In this document: positions 1 through 12,181 of the stretch, piece by piece
How positions within the stretch are numbered: the first letter of the stretch is position 1
Layout: every line of letters starts with the position of its first letter
NCBI RefSeq assembly: GCF_026210795.1
Contig: NC_089435.1
Location: 4,836,001 to 4,900,000 of the forward strand
DNA from: Rhizophagus irregularis
Lineage: Eukaryota
Direction: 5' to 3'
Length of the DNA stretch: 64,000 bases
The notes under the pieces: generated by a model
What the model was told of the DNA's origin: nothing
Seen by the model: only the letters and a program-made list of their open reading frames with translations
The model's database searches: none
Position numbers and translations under genes: made by a program

Positions 1-116
1 TTAATTTCACTGTTTCGTCACTTCCTCCCCTCTTTGGTTGTTGGTGCCATATGAAGTGACGCCTGGGGAGAGTTGCGTAGCATAAAACCACAGGCTTGAA
101 ACGTTAGTTGGGTAAG

Positions 117-309
117 CCCTGTAAAAAATCTGATCCGTGTTTTATCTTTCCATGTTTTTTCCGTGAATGTATCATTTTAATTATAGCCTTAAATCATGGA
201 AATTTTCATCTCGCTAACACGGATATCCGTGAATGTATCATTTTCACGGAATTTTTACGGAATACACGGAGAAATAATGGAAATATTCGGATAAAAATTT
301 TTTATAGGG
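117..309. mobile_element. MITE with CCCT termini and 3-bp TSD (CMC/CACTA-like)
   Basis: aag|CCCTGTAAAAAA...TTTTTATAGGG|aag. A degenerate related copy lies at about 740-851. Confidence 0.75.
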
Positions 310-2435
310 AAGTTATTTGAAGTAGGACGTGGTATACTGTTTGTTTTAAATTTGTTTTTTTTATAATTAAGTATTTCAAAATTTTCCATATAATTTATAC
401 TATAGATTTAATTGTTAAACGTGTAAAATGCGAAACGCGTTAATCAAAAAATGAAGTCATTTCAGACCTATATGATAACTACTTAAAATTAGAAAAATTT
501 ACTAATTGCCCAAAGAGTGTCGTTATAGCGGGCAGCACTTGTACCATAATTTTTAATTAATAAATTTCACAATTACAAAAAAGCTTCAAGTACTTTTTTA
601 ATGTAAAACATATCCAATTATTGGCTCCCATTCCCTAAAATCAGTAAAACGCTTGCTTCAGCACTCTTAGAAGAAATTAGTACATGTATCATCAGTAAAT
701 TTTTGAAGAGCACCAAGTTATCCCCTCTAATGGATTTTATATCCCTAAACTATGGAAATTATCCAAGTTACTTATATATTTTGTTATTTTTTCGTAAATT
801 TATCATATTTACGGAGTTTTTACAGAAATTACGGATAAAGTTTTTTACAGGCTATAAACTGATCAATAAAACATTAATGATTTTTAAATATGATGGCAAA
901 TGGTAAATCCGTAATATGAATTAAAATCTCGTTTTTTTTTATTTTTTTATAATATACTTAAGCAATTGAAAAACTTTGATACAAGAAATTTAATCTATGT
1001 AAAATTTGTAGTCAAATTAAAAGAAAGAAACAAATCAAAATTAATATAATGTAATATAATTTGGAGTAGTATTACATAACTTTCTCCTTGGGTGGATCGA
1101 AATTGTATAATGACGAAATATATATTCAGTTCTTTTGAGGTTGAGCTTTATATAATTTGATACAATAAAAAATATTATATCTCTTTTGCACAGAAGATTA
1201 AAACCAATATAACATTATTTATATTTAACAGAAATTTGAATAGAAATCTAACTGTTGTAGCGGCAAAGATTAGTCCAATAGCTTGCCTATATATATGTTA
1301 CTGCAATCTCATTTATGTCACTCATAATTTATACTTTACGCTTCAGAAATAAAATAATTTCTTTTCACACAAAGTGAACTCATCTACAGAGGAAAATGAT
1401 GAAAAGCTAGTAGAGTATATTAGTATATTTAAAGTCACATTATCTTTATGAATATTAATTATTAAAGTATAATGTTCGGAAATTTTAATATGAAATTATT
1501 ATTATAAATATTAAAAATATCCACGAGAAATTTTGAAATAATTGTCCATTTCATTATATTGGACTATAGCTCAGAAGATTACAATACAATATTCCACAAG
1601 CTTACTCTAATGGGCCGTTGGAACTTTTTATTTTATAGAATGTATTGTAATTAACAAAATTTTTTTGTAATAAAATTAAATAACGCCTTAAGAAAATTTT
1701 CTCATAGATCATTAAGAAACGGTTTATCAGCAGCAATTATATCATTTTTGGCCATATATTATAAAAATATATGCTGTATAGCTATAAATAATTTTAGAAT
1801 TATTTTTAAAATGTTAAGAAAATTTCTAACCCTAAACCGGAGAAGGATACATCCACATGCATGGATGGTAACAAATGGCGTTAAAATGAAATACGTAACC
1901 TTTTTTAGTTTGATATATTTTCTTCTGTTCATACTTCATATCCATCCCAATATCTCAGTGTCATAAAATTCTGCAGATTCAAGTATAACTAACTTTATTC
2001 CCTTTTTATATAATACGCTTGATAAGTTTTGAAGATATCATCACTACATACAAAAATTGAAATGAGAATTTTTTTGATGATCGGTATACGATGTAAAATC
2101 GGAAAATTATAAATACTGCGCAAGTTTATTGTTAGCCCCGATCGACATTATGCTTTTTTCCTGAAACATTGTAACGGTAGAATATTCTAAAAATTCATTG
2201 TTTATCATATACTATTATATATTTTTTTTTTAAAAAAAAAACAACCCCCTATTTTTTTTTTAATATTTTCGAGTTATAAAAAGTTTAAAAAAAAGAATAA
2301 CGGACTAACAAAATTTTATTAAAAATGGGTTTAACATTTTTTATTTTCATTTTTTAAAATTTGTTACGAAACTGGTTTAAATAAATTTCAGGTACAAATC
2401 ACCTGATCTGTAGATACTACATAAAAACTATAATT

Positions 2436-4313
2436 ATGAAAAATTTTATTTTGAAATTCGTGATTTTTATAATTTTACTTCATTTTATACTTGAAGTAAA
2501 CACTCAAGTTCCACCTGATGCCGGAACAACGCCTGCCGATGGAAAAGCACCTGCTGATGGTAAAGCGCCTGCGGATGGAAAAGCGCCTGTTGATGGAAAA
2601 GCACCGGCTGACGGAAAAGCGCCCGCTGATGGGAAAGCACCTGCTGATGGTAAAGCGCCTGCGGATGGAAAAGCGCCTGTTGATGGAAAAGCACCGGCTG
2701 ACGGAAAAGCGCCCGCTGCACCTGCTGATGGGAAAGCTCCAGCCGATGGTAAAGCTCCAGCCGATGGAAAAGCTCCAGCTGATGGAAAAGCTCCAGCTGA
2801 TGGAAAAGCACCTGATGATGGAAAAGCTCCAGCTGATGGAAAAGCGCCCGCTGATGGTAAAGCACCTGCTGATGGTAAAGCGCCTGCGGATGGAAAAGCG
2901 CCTGTTGATGGAAAAGCACCGGCTGACGGAAAAGCGCCCGCTGATGGTAAAGCACCTGCTGATGGGAAAGCTCCAGCCGATGGTAAAGCGCCCGCTGATG
3001 GTAAAGCACCTGCTGATGGAAAAGCTCCAGCCGATGGAAAAGCTCCAGCTGATGGAAAAGCGCCTGTTGATGGAAAAGCACCGGCTGACGGAAAAGCGCC
3101 CGCTGATGGTAAAGCACCTGCTGATGGGAAAGCTCCAGCCGATGGTAAAGCTCCAGCCGATGGTAAAGCTCCAGCCGATGGAAAAGCTCCAGAAGATGGA
3201 AAAGCACCTGCTGATGGAAAAGCTCCAGCTGATGGAAAAGCCCCAGCTGATGGAAAAGCCCCAGCTGATGGAAAAGCCCCAGCTAATGGAAAAGCTCCAG
3301 CTGACGGTAAAGCACCTGCTGATGGAAAAGCCCCAGAAAATGGAAAAGCTCCAGAAGATGGTAAAGCTCCAGCTGACGGTAAAGCACCTGCTGATGGTAA
3401 AGCACCTGTTGATGGTAAAGCACCTGTTGATGGAAAAGCTCCAGCTGATGGAAAAGCGCCTGTTGATGGAAAAGCGCCTGCCGATGGAAAAGCTCCAGCT
3501 GACGGTAAAGCTCCAGAAGATGGAAAAGCACCTGCTGATGGAAAAGCGCCAGAAGATGGAAAAGCGCCTGTTGATGGAAAAGCGCCTGCTGATGGAAAAG
3601 CACCAGTTGATGGAAAAGCTCCAGCTGATGGGAAAGCACCTGCTGATGGAAAAGCTCCAGCCGATGGAAAAGCGCCTGTTGCCGGAAAAGCACCTGATGA
3701 TGGAAAAGCGCCTGTTGATGGAAAAGCTCCAGCCGATAGAAAAGCACCTGCTGATGGAAAATTACCAGGTGCTGGGAAGGTGCCCGATTCTGGAAAGGTA
3801 CCTGATGTTGGAAAAGTACCAACTGGTGAAGGAAAATCAAAAGCAGAAACCAATGTAGAAGGAACTAAATCTACAAATGATATAGTTGTTGGAGGGATAG
3901 TTGGTGGTCTTGTTTTGATTGTTTTAACTGCTTTTTGTTTCTATTTAGTGAGAATTTATAAAAATAAAAGAGCAACTAAAGCAACTGATACAAATAATGA
4001 AGTAATTTTAAATCAAGGACAAGAATTTTTGCCAAGTTTTGAAAATCAACTGAAAAATCCCGGAAGAACGTATGATAACATGTTACCAACAGTTAATCCA
4101 TCATCTACGAAATTATTAAATTTAAATAAAGGGCAAGAATTCACACAATTGAACTTTGAAAATAATTCAATTAAACCTAGGAATCAAGGACAAGAATTCA
4201 CACAATTGAACTTTGAAAATGATTCAATTAAACCTAGGAATCAAGGACAAGAATTCAGACCTACACTCCCCGGTAAAAAGTATCCGACCACCCTAAAAAT
4301 TAAAAAATCTTAA
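2436..4313 (+). CDS. Type-I membrane protein: signal peptide, about 68 APADGK repeats, TM helix, NQGQEF-repeat cytoplasmic tail
   Basis: 625-aa ORF. Hydrophobic N-terminus ending EVNTQ, hexapeptide repeat, TM IVVGGIVGGLVLIVLTAFCFYLV followed by basic RIYKNKR, and four N(Q/K)GQEF motifs. The last ~15 codons come from an inserted MITE. Confidence 0.9.
   Translation: MKNFILKFVIFIILLHFILEVNTQVPPDAGTTPADGKAPADGKAPADGKAPVDGKAPADGKAPADGKAPADGKAPADGKAPVDGKAPADGKAPAAPADGKAPADGKAPADGKAPADGKAPADGKAPDDGKAPADGKAPADGKAPADGKAPADGKAPVDGKAPADGKAPADGKAPADGKAPADGKAPADGKAPADGKAPADGKAPADGKAPVDGKAPADGKAPADGKAPADGKAPADGKAPADGKAPADGKAPEDGKAPADGKAPADGKAPADGKAPADGKAPANGKAPADGKAPADGKAPENGKAPEDGKAPADGKAPADGKAPVDGKAPVDGKAPADGKAPVDGKAPADGKAPADGKAPEDGKAPADGKAPEDGKAPVDGKAPADGKAPVDGKAPADGKAPADGKAPADGKAPVAGKAPDDGKAPVDGKAPADRKAPADGKLPGAGKVPDSGKVPDVGKVPTGEGKSKAETNVEGTKSTNDIVVGGIVGGLVLIVLTAFCFYLVRIYKNKRATKATDTNNEVILNQGQEFLPSFENQLKNPGRTYDNMLPTVNPSSTKLLNLNKGQEFTQLNFENNSIKPRNQGQEFTQLNFENDSIKPRNQGQEFRPTLPGKKYPTTLKIKKS
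2530..3760 (+). repeat. 18-bp coding minisatellite (GCNCCNGCNGAYGGNAAA) encoding APADGK
   Basis: Tandem units vary mostly at third codon positions, which supports selection on the + frame of 2436..4313. Confidence 0.95.
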
Positions 4314-4962
4314 AAAATTCAGTGGGCCCAACAATAAATTTATATTTATTTTAAAAGTTTGAGACATGAGACACTTTTTAAAAGTGTTTTTTTAGCTTAA
4401 TTATTAGTAAAAATTCGCGGACATTTTTAATTCTAAAAATGGCAAAATTCTTAACTTTTTAACTAGAGCAGTTACGGCCAAATGAATTCCAGAAATCAAT
4501 TCTTTAACTAAAAAATAGCTTATGTTTAAAAAATCAGAAAGATTGGACTGGTAGTTGCCGAAAAATCCACCACTGAAGATCATAATTTTTATATGTAAAA
4601 ACGGTAAAATCACCATTTTTGCCAAATTTTAGTATAAAAATTATGATCTTCAGTGGTGGATTTTTCGGCAACTACCAGTCCAATCTTTCTGATTTTTTAA
4701 ACATAAGCTATTTTTTAGTCAAAGAATTGATTTCTGGAATTCATTTGGCCGTAACTGCTCTAGTTAAAAAGTTAAGAATTTTGCCATTTTTAGAATTAAA
4801 AATGTCCGCGAATTTTTACTAATAATTAAGCTAAAAAAACACTTTTAAAAAGTGTCTCATGTCTCAAACTTTTAAAATAAATATAAATTTATTGTTGGGC
4901 CCACTGAATTTTTTAAGATTTTTTAATTTTTAGGGTGGTCGGATACTTTTTACCGGGGAGTG
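4264..4962. mobile_element. Palindromic Tc1/mariner-type MITE (about 330-bp arms, TA TSD)
   Basis: ta|CACTCCCCGGTAAAAAG...CTTTTTACCGGGGAGTG|ta. Arms are nearly identical around a ~40-bp spacer near 4594-4634. Confidence 0.92.
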
Positions 4963-6961
4963 TACATATTATTACTGAGGAACTTATATCGGATACGAGC
5001 CATTTTCACACTCTAACACATTTGGCTATGCTATATTTTCATTGTTTAATATGGAGAGGGTAATAACGATAATAATTAAAAATCTTTTCTTTCTTATATT
5101 GATAAGATTAAGAAATAATTAATTGTATATATATAATGAGAGAATTTTTAATTCTTAATAGATTTATAGATGTCAACTAAATTTGACTAATGAATTCGGA
5201 ATTAAAGTTAATGAATTTTAATAGTCTGCTAAAACCCGAGATTAATGATAAGTACGATTAAAATACGACTATCTTAACAAGAATTAATAGATTTGGTAAA
5301 TAGTGTTATAACTCCAAATATAACTGAAGTTTATATCAACTTAATAAAGAATTTTCATAAACAGAAAGGTAATAAATAATATTAAGAAAATAATTTAGAG
5401 ATTCATAGTTATAAAGAAATTTAATAGCAAAGTAATATAATATGCTAAAACTATGATGTTGGCAATTTGGGTTTATGATTTTTAGTTTTTAAAATCTGTT
5501 AAAACTTATCATTTAATTAACATATTTATTCTTTGATAACCGATTGGTGACTCCGTGACTGATGACCTGTGTTAATTGTATGAATCACAATAATCTCAAT
5601 ATTTCAAGTTTTATAAAAATCTCGCGGTCTGTCTAGATTTTTACTATATAGGATAAGCAAGAATTTGAAGTAAAACTTGATGGAGACAATTTTTCATTGT
5701 TATTTTATTAATTTGTTAATTCTTATTAAGGATTTTTTGCGTTCATTTTATCAAATTTTATATTATCCTCTATTTCAAAGTCACGAGTTGAGTAAAAATT
5801 TTTGTTATTATAAATTTATAATAGCTATGATAAACTGATAATAGAGCAAAATGAGAGTGAAGTGAAGTGTTTTTACATGAATAAATTAATAGAATTTTAG
5901 TTGACTTTAAAATTAGAGAAAGGGAATTATACAATTTAACAAAATTACATAAAAAAAATTAATCTCACTTTTAATTTTTAAATTCAAAAAGATATACATA
6001 TTATATTTAACATTAAATATCTTTATGAAGTAACATGCAACTATTATTCAACCGTATAGTTACGCAAGTTGTAGTAATGGTTGCTATCGCACTATTATAA
6101 TTGTGATTCCATTATTCCATTTCAAAGGTTACCGTATTTTGCGGGCCACAGTACCACCCCAAAGAACTTCCATTTTCTACCGATTTTATTATTTAAAATA
6201 ATTTAATAAATAACCCAATTGTTTATACATTATCTACTAATAATAAAAACTCACGCAATGGCAGGTCAAAACCTCTGAAATTTGTATCATTGAATTTTTA
6301 TATTTTAAAAGAATTTCTAGTAATATGATTTTGTGCTCTTCTATTTAGTTAAAAAAGGATATCATTAACACTAATGATGTTAAATAGAAAGTTAAATAAA
6401 TAATAATTATTAAATAATCACTATACCTTCTGTTGCATTTTATGGTTCAGGTAAATTTCAAATTTATGAGTTTTACTTTTAAATGATTTACTGCTCGTGT
6501 TATTGTTTATTTCATTATCTATTTTTATTATTGATTGAGGTAATTCATTTGTTTATTTTGATAATATAATTTAATTTCTCTTATTTTTTCCAAAAGTATA
6601 ACAATGTTAGGTCTTTCTAATAGATTGGCATTCCAGCATTGTTCCATACCCGGATACTATGGCCCCCGTTATACGATAATAAGTAATTATAAATTGATTA
6701 TTTCGAAATTATATTCATATATTATTGATTGCAAAAAAAATTGGATTTATTTATTAAATTAATTTTTTGTGTAATAAATAATCTTTCTTAAAAAAAAAAA
6801 AGTGTTTCTACCTGAACTGAAATCGCATAAAATTTGTTAAAATTGTATAAATAATAATAATTTAACTAGCAATTACCAAAAGGATTTTCTAAAAAAGAAC
6901 CACCGAAAGAAGTCTAGTGTTCAGACCCGGGTTCTTAACGGGTAAACGGGTTGACCCATTA

Positions 6962-7728
6962 CAGCAAAATTCGAAATATAGTGGACACTTGAAAATTTTG
7001 ATTGTAGGGATTGTCGGGTACTCAGGTTACTCGGCTAGTGGGTTATTAGACAGAGTACTATATATGATGGCGTGGTAATTGTATATACTATATAATGTAA
7101 TTATGTTATATTAAAATTTAATTAAATATACCCGTGTTATTTTCTTTTGATTTTTTGTATGATGCCAAAATCAATACTAAATAAGCATTAACAGTTGAAA
7201 GGATTTTGAAAGGCTTATCATATAGAGAAGTATACATTTTTGACAAATATTTACATCATTTTGAGTTGGTAAAAGTTCGAAATATTAGCAAAAACCCAGT
7301 CAACAAATTCCGAGTCCAACACAACTTTTTGGTTTGTGGCACCTTTTTGTGTGAGGGGTCTGTGAACAAATTCTACTGCATAATTACGTTTAGCTTTTTT
7401 CCTCTTCCATATTACTTCTCTTGCTTGACAAGTGCATTTTTGATCATATGTGTTTTGACAATCTAAGCAAATAAGACAAATTGGACAGGCATTCAAACAA
7501 AATTCCAAAGAAAATGTCATTGTTCAATAAAAATCAAATAAAGTAATATTGTTGAAAAAAAGTTTAATTTATTAATTTATGTTATATTTGATATGTTTAC
7601 ATATTATACTCTATTATACTTTATACTACGCCATCATATATATATATGTCACGTGTTATATGTCTTTTCATAACGACAATCCCGACAATCACAATTTTCA
7701 AGTGTCCACTATATTTCGAATTTTGCTG
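6962..7728. mobile_element. Tc1/mariner-type MITE, TA TSD
   Basis: ta|CAGCAAAATTCGAAATATAGTGGACACTTGAAAATT...AATTTTCAAGTGTCCACTATATTTCGAATTTTGCTG|ta. Confidence 0.88.
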
Positions 7729-7781
7729 TAAAATTTAAAACCGTAAACCCGATATTAACGGATATCCGTTATAACTCGTTA

Positions 7782-8162
7782 TAGAGGTTGGAACCGACCA
7801 AAAAACCCTTAATCGATTAATAATCGATTAACCAAGGGCCCTAATCGATTAATAATCGATTAATATTAAAATATTAAAAAAATTTTTTTTTTGACCGCAG
7901 ATTGCACCAAATTGTTTTTGATCATACATTTAGTAATAGGAAAGTCTTATTTATTATTATTATCATTAAAAAATTAATACAAATTCTTCCAAGTTCGGAG
8001 AACACGTGACCAAAAATCCACAGCTCTGGGGCGCATTAGATAATTTGACCAGAATTATGGGTTGATAATTTTAATCGATTAACCGATTTTTGAGATACCT
8101 TAATCGATTAACCGTCTTAGTCGATTAATTAATCGATTAACCTTAATCGATTCCAAACTCTA
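7782..8162. mobile_element. hAT MITE, 8-bp TSD ACTCGTTA
   Basis: actcgtta|TAGAGGTTGGAA...TTCCAAACTCTA|actcgtta, with many TAATCGATTA subterminal palindromes. Confidence 0.9.
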
Positions 8163-9205
8163 ACTCGTTATAATAACGGGTTACGGGTCTGAAGTCTAAA
8201 CACTACTCTAAATGCACCCTCTAGTAGTTCAGTCCAAAGCTTATATAATCTCTAATTATTTTACTTCTATAAATGCACACCCTCTCTAAATGCACTATTT
8301 TGAAAATTATGCATATGGTCCAAGGGGTGCAATTATAAAGGTCTGACTGTAGTCCTTTTGTGAGTCTTTAGTGGTGATACTTTTGGTAGTAGCAGTTCTA
8401 TTTTAAAGAGGGTATACATAGTAGGTGCAATTATGGAGAGTGCAATTATAGATGTCTGACTGTATTACCAAAGCACTACTAAAAGAATCAGCAACAATAA
8501 CATCAGTAACATCACTGGGACCAGTAAAAACTCCGGAAAGTATGACATTTTCACCAGTTAGTAAGTCTAATAATGTTATTTTATATTAGTTGCTTTATAT
8601 TTCCATAACTACAACTTTTAAAATTAAGAGATTCCGATTTCAAACATAATCGAAAATAGATTTTTAAATGATAAGGAAACATATAATATATTTTTTTATT
8701 ATGAGCAAATAACTGCGTTTAACCGGAGGAAATCTTCTATAAATATAGGGGTCCTTTCAGCGGAGACATATAATAGAAATAAAAAAGAAATGTTGAAGCA
8801 TCCGGTACTATAAAAAAAATTATCAGCAGCTTCTCCAGCAAATTTAAGTCAAGGACGACATAATGAGTAATTCAATAGAAGCTGAATTTGTACAAAACCT
8901 TAAAGAGGAAATTATCAAAGATATTAAACAAGAAATGGCTCAAAGTAGTGAAAGTACAAGTCAATTTAATGTTTCTAGTTCATCAATTAATGTTGATAAA
9001 AAGTATAATAGATTAAATGAAACAAGAAATCCTAAAAGCAAGAATTAAGACAACATATCAGAGGTAATAGTAGTAATGATTAAAAAACAACTGAATTTGG
9101 TTATATGTCATTTTGTCCATGATGGTTTATTTTAAATTAGACATAATAATAAATGTTCAAAGTTAAATATTTTTTGAAATTCATTAATCTTTTTTAAGAT
9201 ACTAG

Positions 9206-9406
9206 TCTGTTCAATCTATTCTGTTCCGTTCTGATCCGATTTTTGCTAAATTTTTTTAGCCAATCAAATTAATTTAAAAATCGGATTGAAAATTGATGTG
9301 CTTGGTTGGAAATAAACGGAAAGATTAAACACTCACTCAATTTATTCAATTTTTTAATTAGCTAAAATTAATCGGATCAGAACGGAACAGAATAGAATTG
9401 AACAGG
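9206..9406. mobile_element. MITE-like inverted repeat
   Basis: CTGTTCAATCTATTCTGTTCCGTTCTGATCCGATT ... AATCGGATCAGAACGGAACAGAATAGAATTGAACAG. Confidence 0.7.
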
Positions 9407-9585
9407 GCAGGTGCCGACGTATGTAATAGTATGTTAGTTTAAAAGGTTGATAAATATAGACTAATATACGATTTTATAATAACGGATAGGTTACATATTG
9501 TGATAGCATAAAATCATTATAAAGTATATAGTTAATACATATATAAATTCCTCTATGTACTTATTATTAATAGTAATTAATAATT

Positions 9586-12181
9586 TTAATCTTGTCTTGT
9601 ATTATTTTTTATATTATTATAACTCTCCTGCCTAACAACTTTAAGAATCTCATTTCTCAAATTTTGATTAATTTCTTGTTTGACAGCTTGAAGCATTTCA
9701 TCTTTAAAAGCTTGTAATGATAACCTTTCATCATTATAATTACTAACTACTGCTGGAGCTGAAATTGTTGGTTCATGATTAGTTATATTTACATTATTTT
9801 CATTTTCGGGTGTTTGCATAATTGCTTGCCCATGGTCATTAGCTGGAATTATTGTTGGTTCATGATTGGTTGTATTTTCATGATGATCATTAGCTGGAAT
9901 TATTGTTGGTTCATGATTGGTTGTATTTTCATTTTCGGGCGTTAGAATAATTTCTTGCCCATGATGATCATTAGCTGGAATTATTGTGGTTGTATTTTCA
10001 TTTCTAGGTATTTGAATAATTTCTTGCCCATTATTATTATTGATCACTTGTTCATAATTATGAATATCCCTTATGATAGGAAGCTCCTTTTCTTCTTGAC
10101 CATAATCATTGTAATTTTCATTTCCATGTATAGTACTTTGTTCTCGTTTATTTTTATTCCATTTGTATATCAAGAAACTTCCAACTGATAATAAAATACC
10201 ACCTAATAAAGTTCCCAAAACTGCACCAGTTGTATTGCTTAGATTATTTGATGGTAATGGTAATGGTGAAGGTGAAGGTGAAGGTGAAGGTGAAGGTGGT
10301 GGTGAAAGTGTTGATGGTGGTGTCGATGGTGGTGATGATGGTGGTGGTGATGATGGCGGTGGGGATGGCATTTTTGGATCAAACATTGATGTCCATATAT
10401 ATTCTTCATTATTACTGATATCAAGCAATAATATATCACTTTCAACTGTTTTATCATATTCATATCCTATTAAATCAAATTATTTTTTGTTAAAAAATTA
10501 ATTTGCTTAAGAATAATTAATATATTTGAAATATTATATTTACCAAATGATATAACCATATATTTTCCGATCACGTTTGCTTTATGATAAGCTCTAGGCT
10601 TTGGAATTTTTCCAGATATTTTTGGAACATACCAATTAAAATCATTTAAATCTAATACATAAAGTGAAGTATCTAAATATCCGGGATTATTAAAAATTCC
10701 TCCATAAATTATAATTCTCTGACCATCCAAACCTGTTAAATAATTGCATTTATCATTAATATTTTCTTTTTAATATTAATTATAATATTCTCATAATTCA
10801 TACCAAGAATGGCGGAAAAGCCACCTCTATTAGAAGGTATTTTTCCTGATGTTATCTAATTTCAGTAATAAAATTAATACACATATTTTATTTTAATAAT
10901 AGTTAATTTAATATTTTTACATAATAATTTGTATAACTTACTTTTGTATCCCAACTGTCATTGATCATATCATATATATAAACCTGTATAAATAATTTTT
11001 AAAATTAATTGATTTTTAGAAAAAAAAATTACATATCACAAAATTTACCTCATTTAATGTTAAAGCGGCACCTTGAATAATATTCAAAGTTTTCCTATCA
11101 AACTTAATAGTATCATCGTTCATACCGCCTAAACAATAAGCGTTCATTAATAAAATAACAGTAATTAAATAACGACTTACTAAAACATCATAGTATGTGA
11201 TTTCAAAAAAATTATAACTTAAACTAAACATGTTGTACTAATTAAAATTGCTCAGCACTCTTGAAAATGGTCAGAAAAAAGAATTTGAATAATACTATTT
11301 TTTTTGTACTAGACCACAGTTATATGATTTATGTATTTTTTATTTGTTACCTAACTTTTTATTCTATATTATTAATAGTCTAGCTGAGCTGATTCTATTA
11401 ATTTAATAATTATATTTCACAAAGTACTTAATGCTGAAGCATATACTTCGCTTAAGTTTTTTGATTTTTTTTTATTTCGCAAATTTGTTGAACACTGCAG
11501 TGTGAAATATAATTTTTGTTAAATAAATATATGTTCATAAAAAATTACTCGCTTACCTATGTAAATAATCTTATTATTGGGTAATAAGGCAGCACCATAA
11601 TTACATCTTGAACTTGGAGCATTAACTATACTTCCCATTTCCCAGTTAAGATTTATTGTGTCTAAAATAAGCATATTGTTTGAAATACCCACATCAATAT
11701 TTCCGCTCCATAAATAAAATTTTCCATTATTATAATTCATAACTCCTGTTAATTCATATTTTATGACCGTGTTAATTCCAGTTATTTTTGGAGGATTCCA
11801 TGCAATGTGTTGTGGGTCAAATGTGTAAACCAATGGCATTTTTGGATCATTCGAAAATCCACCGTATAAAAATAGTGTATTATTGTTTGCTCCACCTTTA
11901 GTTGTTGTTGCAGAATCATGTGGCGGAACCATATTAATATTTGATAAGTCTTGCCATGATAATTCTTGGGTATTGAATGGAACAGAAACATCAAGATAAA
12001 AAAACTCTTTTAATAGTTTTTCGTTTAAATCGGAACCACCCAAAATATACAATTTATCATCAATGAGCGTAGCAGTATGACGATGATGTACAAATGGCTT
12101 AAAAGGCGTCATTTGACAATTTACTTTAACTACTTGAAGTAGTATCCATAATATGAAATAAACTGAAGAATTTCTTGACAT
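9586..12181 (-). CDS. Intact 6-exon Kelch (galactose-oxidase-like beta-propeller) single-pass membrane protein
   Basis: Exons 12181-11557, 11128-11049, 10983-10942, 10855-10804, 10732-10544 and 10466-9586 are joined in frame by GT-AG introns. Signal peptide, Kelch motifs (HTATLIDDKLYILGG, LFLYGG, IIYIGG, IIIYGG), Pro/Ser stalk, TM GAVLGTLLGGILLSVGSFLIY, and a tail with HGQE repeats. Confidence 0.9.

Larger units (their letters stand above)
6915..8205. mobile_element. hAT-like MITE (TAGTG...CACTA) hosting two further MITEs
   Basis: TAGTGTTCAGACCCG at the left and CGGGTCTGAA..AACACTA at the right, with ACGGG subterminal repeats. TSD not clear. Confidence 0.55.
6400..9048 (+). pseudogene. Degenerate relic of a Kelch/TM receptor-family gene, interrupted by nested MITEs
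   Basis: Exon-like fragments TIPSVAFYGS|gt (~6420-6450) and ag|GL..W.IP..IISNY (~6611-6690) resemble the Kelch exons. 8863..9048 encodes the family C-terminal helix VQNLKEEIIKDIKQEM. Confidence 0.5.

Noticed and set aside
2485..3858. Long alternative-frame and antisense ORFs over the APADGK repeat
   Set aside because: By-products of a stop-free 18-bp repeat. Synonymous variation, the signal peptide and the TM support only the 2436 frame.
4404..4822. Two identical peptides on opposite strands
   Set aside because: They are the mirror arms of a palindromic MITE, not genes.
10163..10501. Gly-rich, Val/Met-rich and poly-His ORFs (also 33060-33311)
   Set aside because: Antisense or off-frame readings of the Pro/Ser stalk codons of the Kelch genes.
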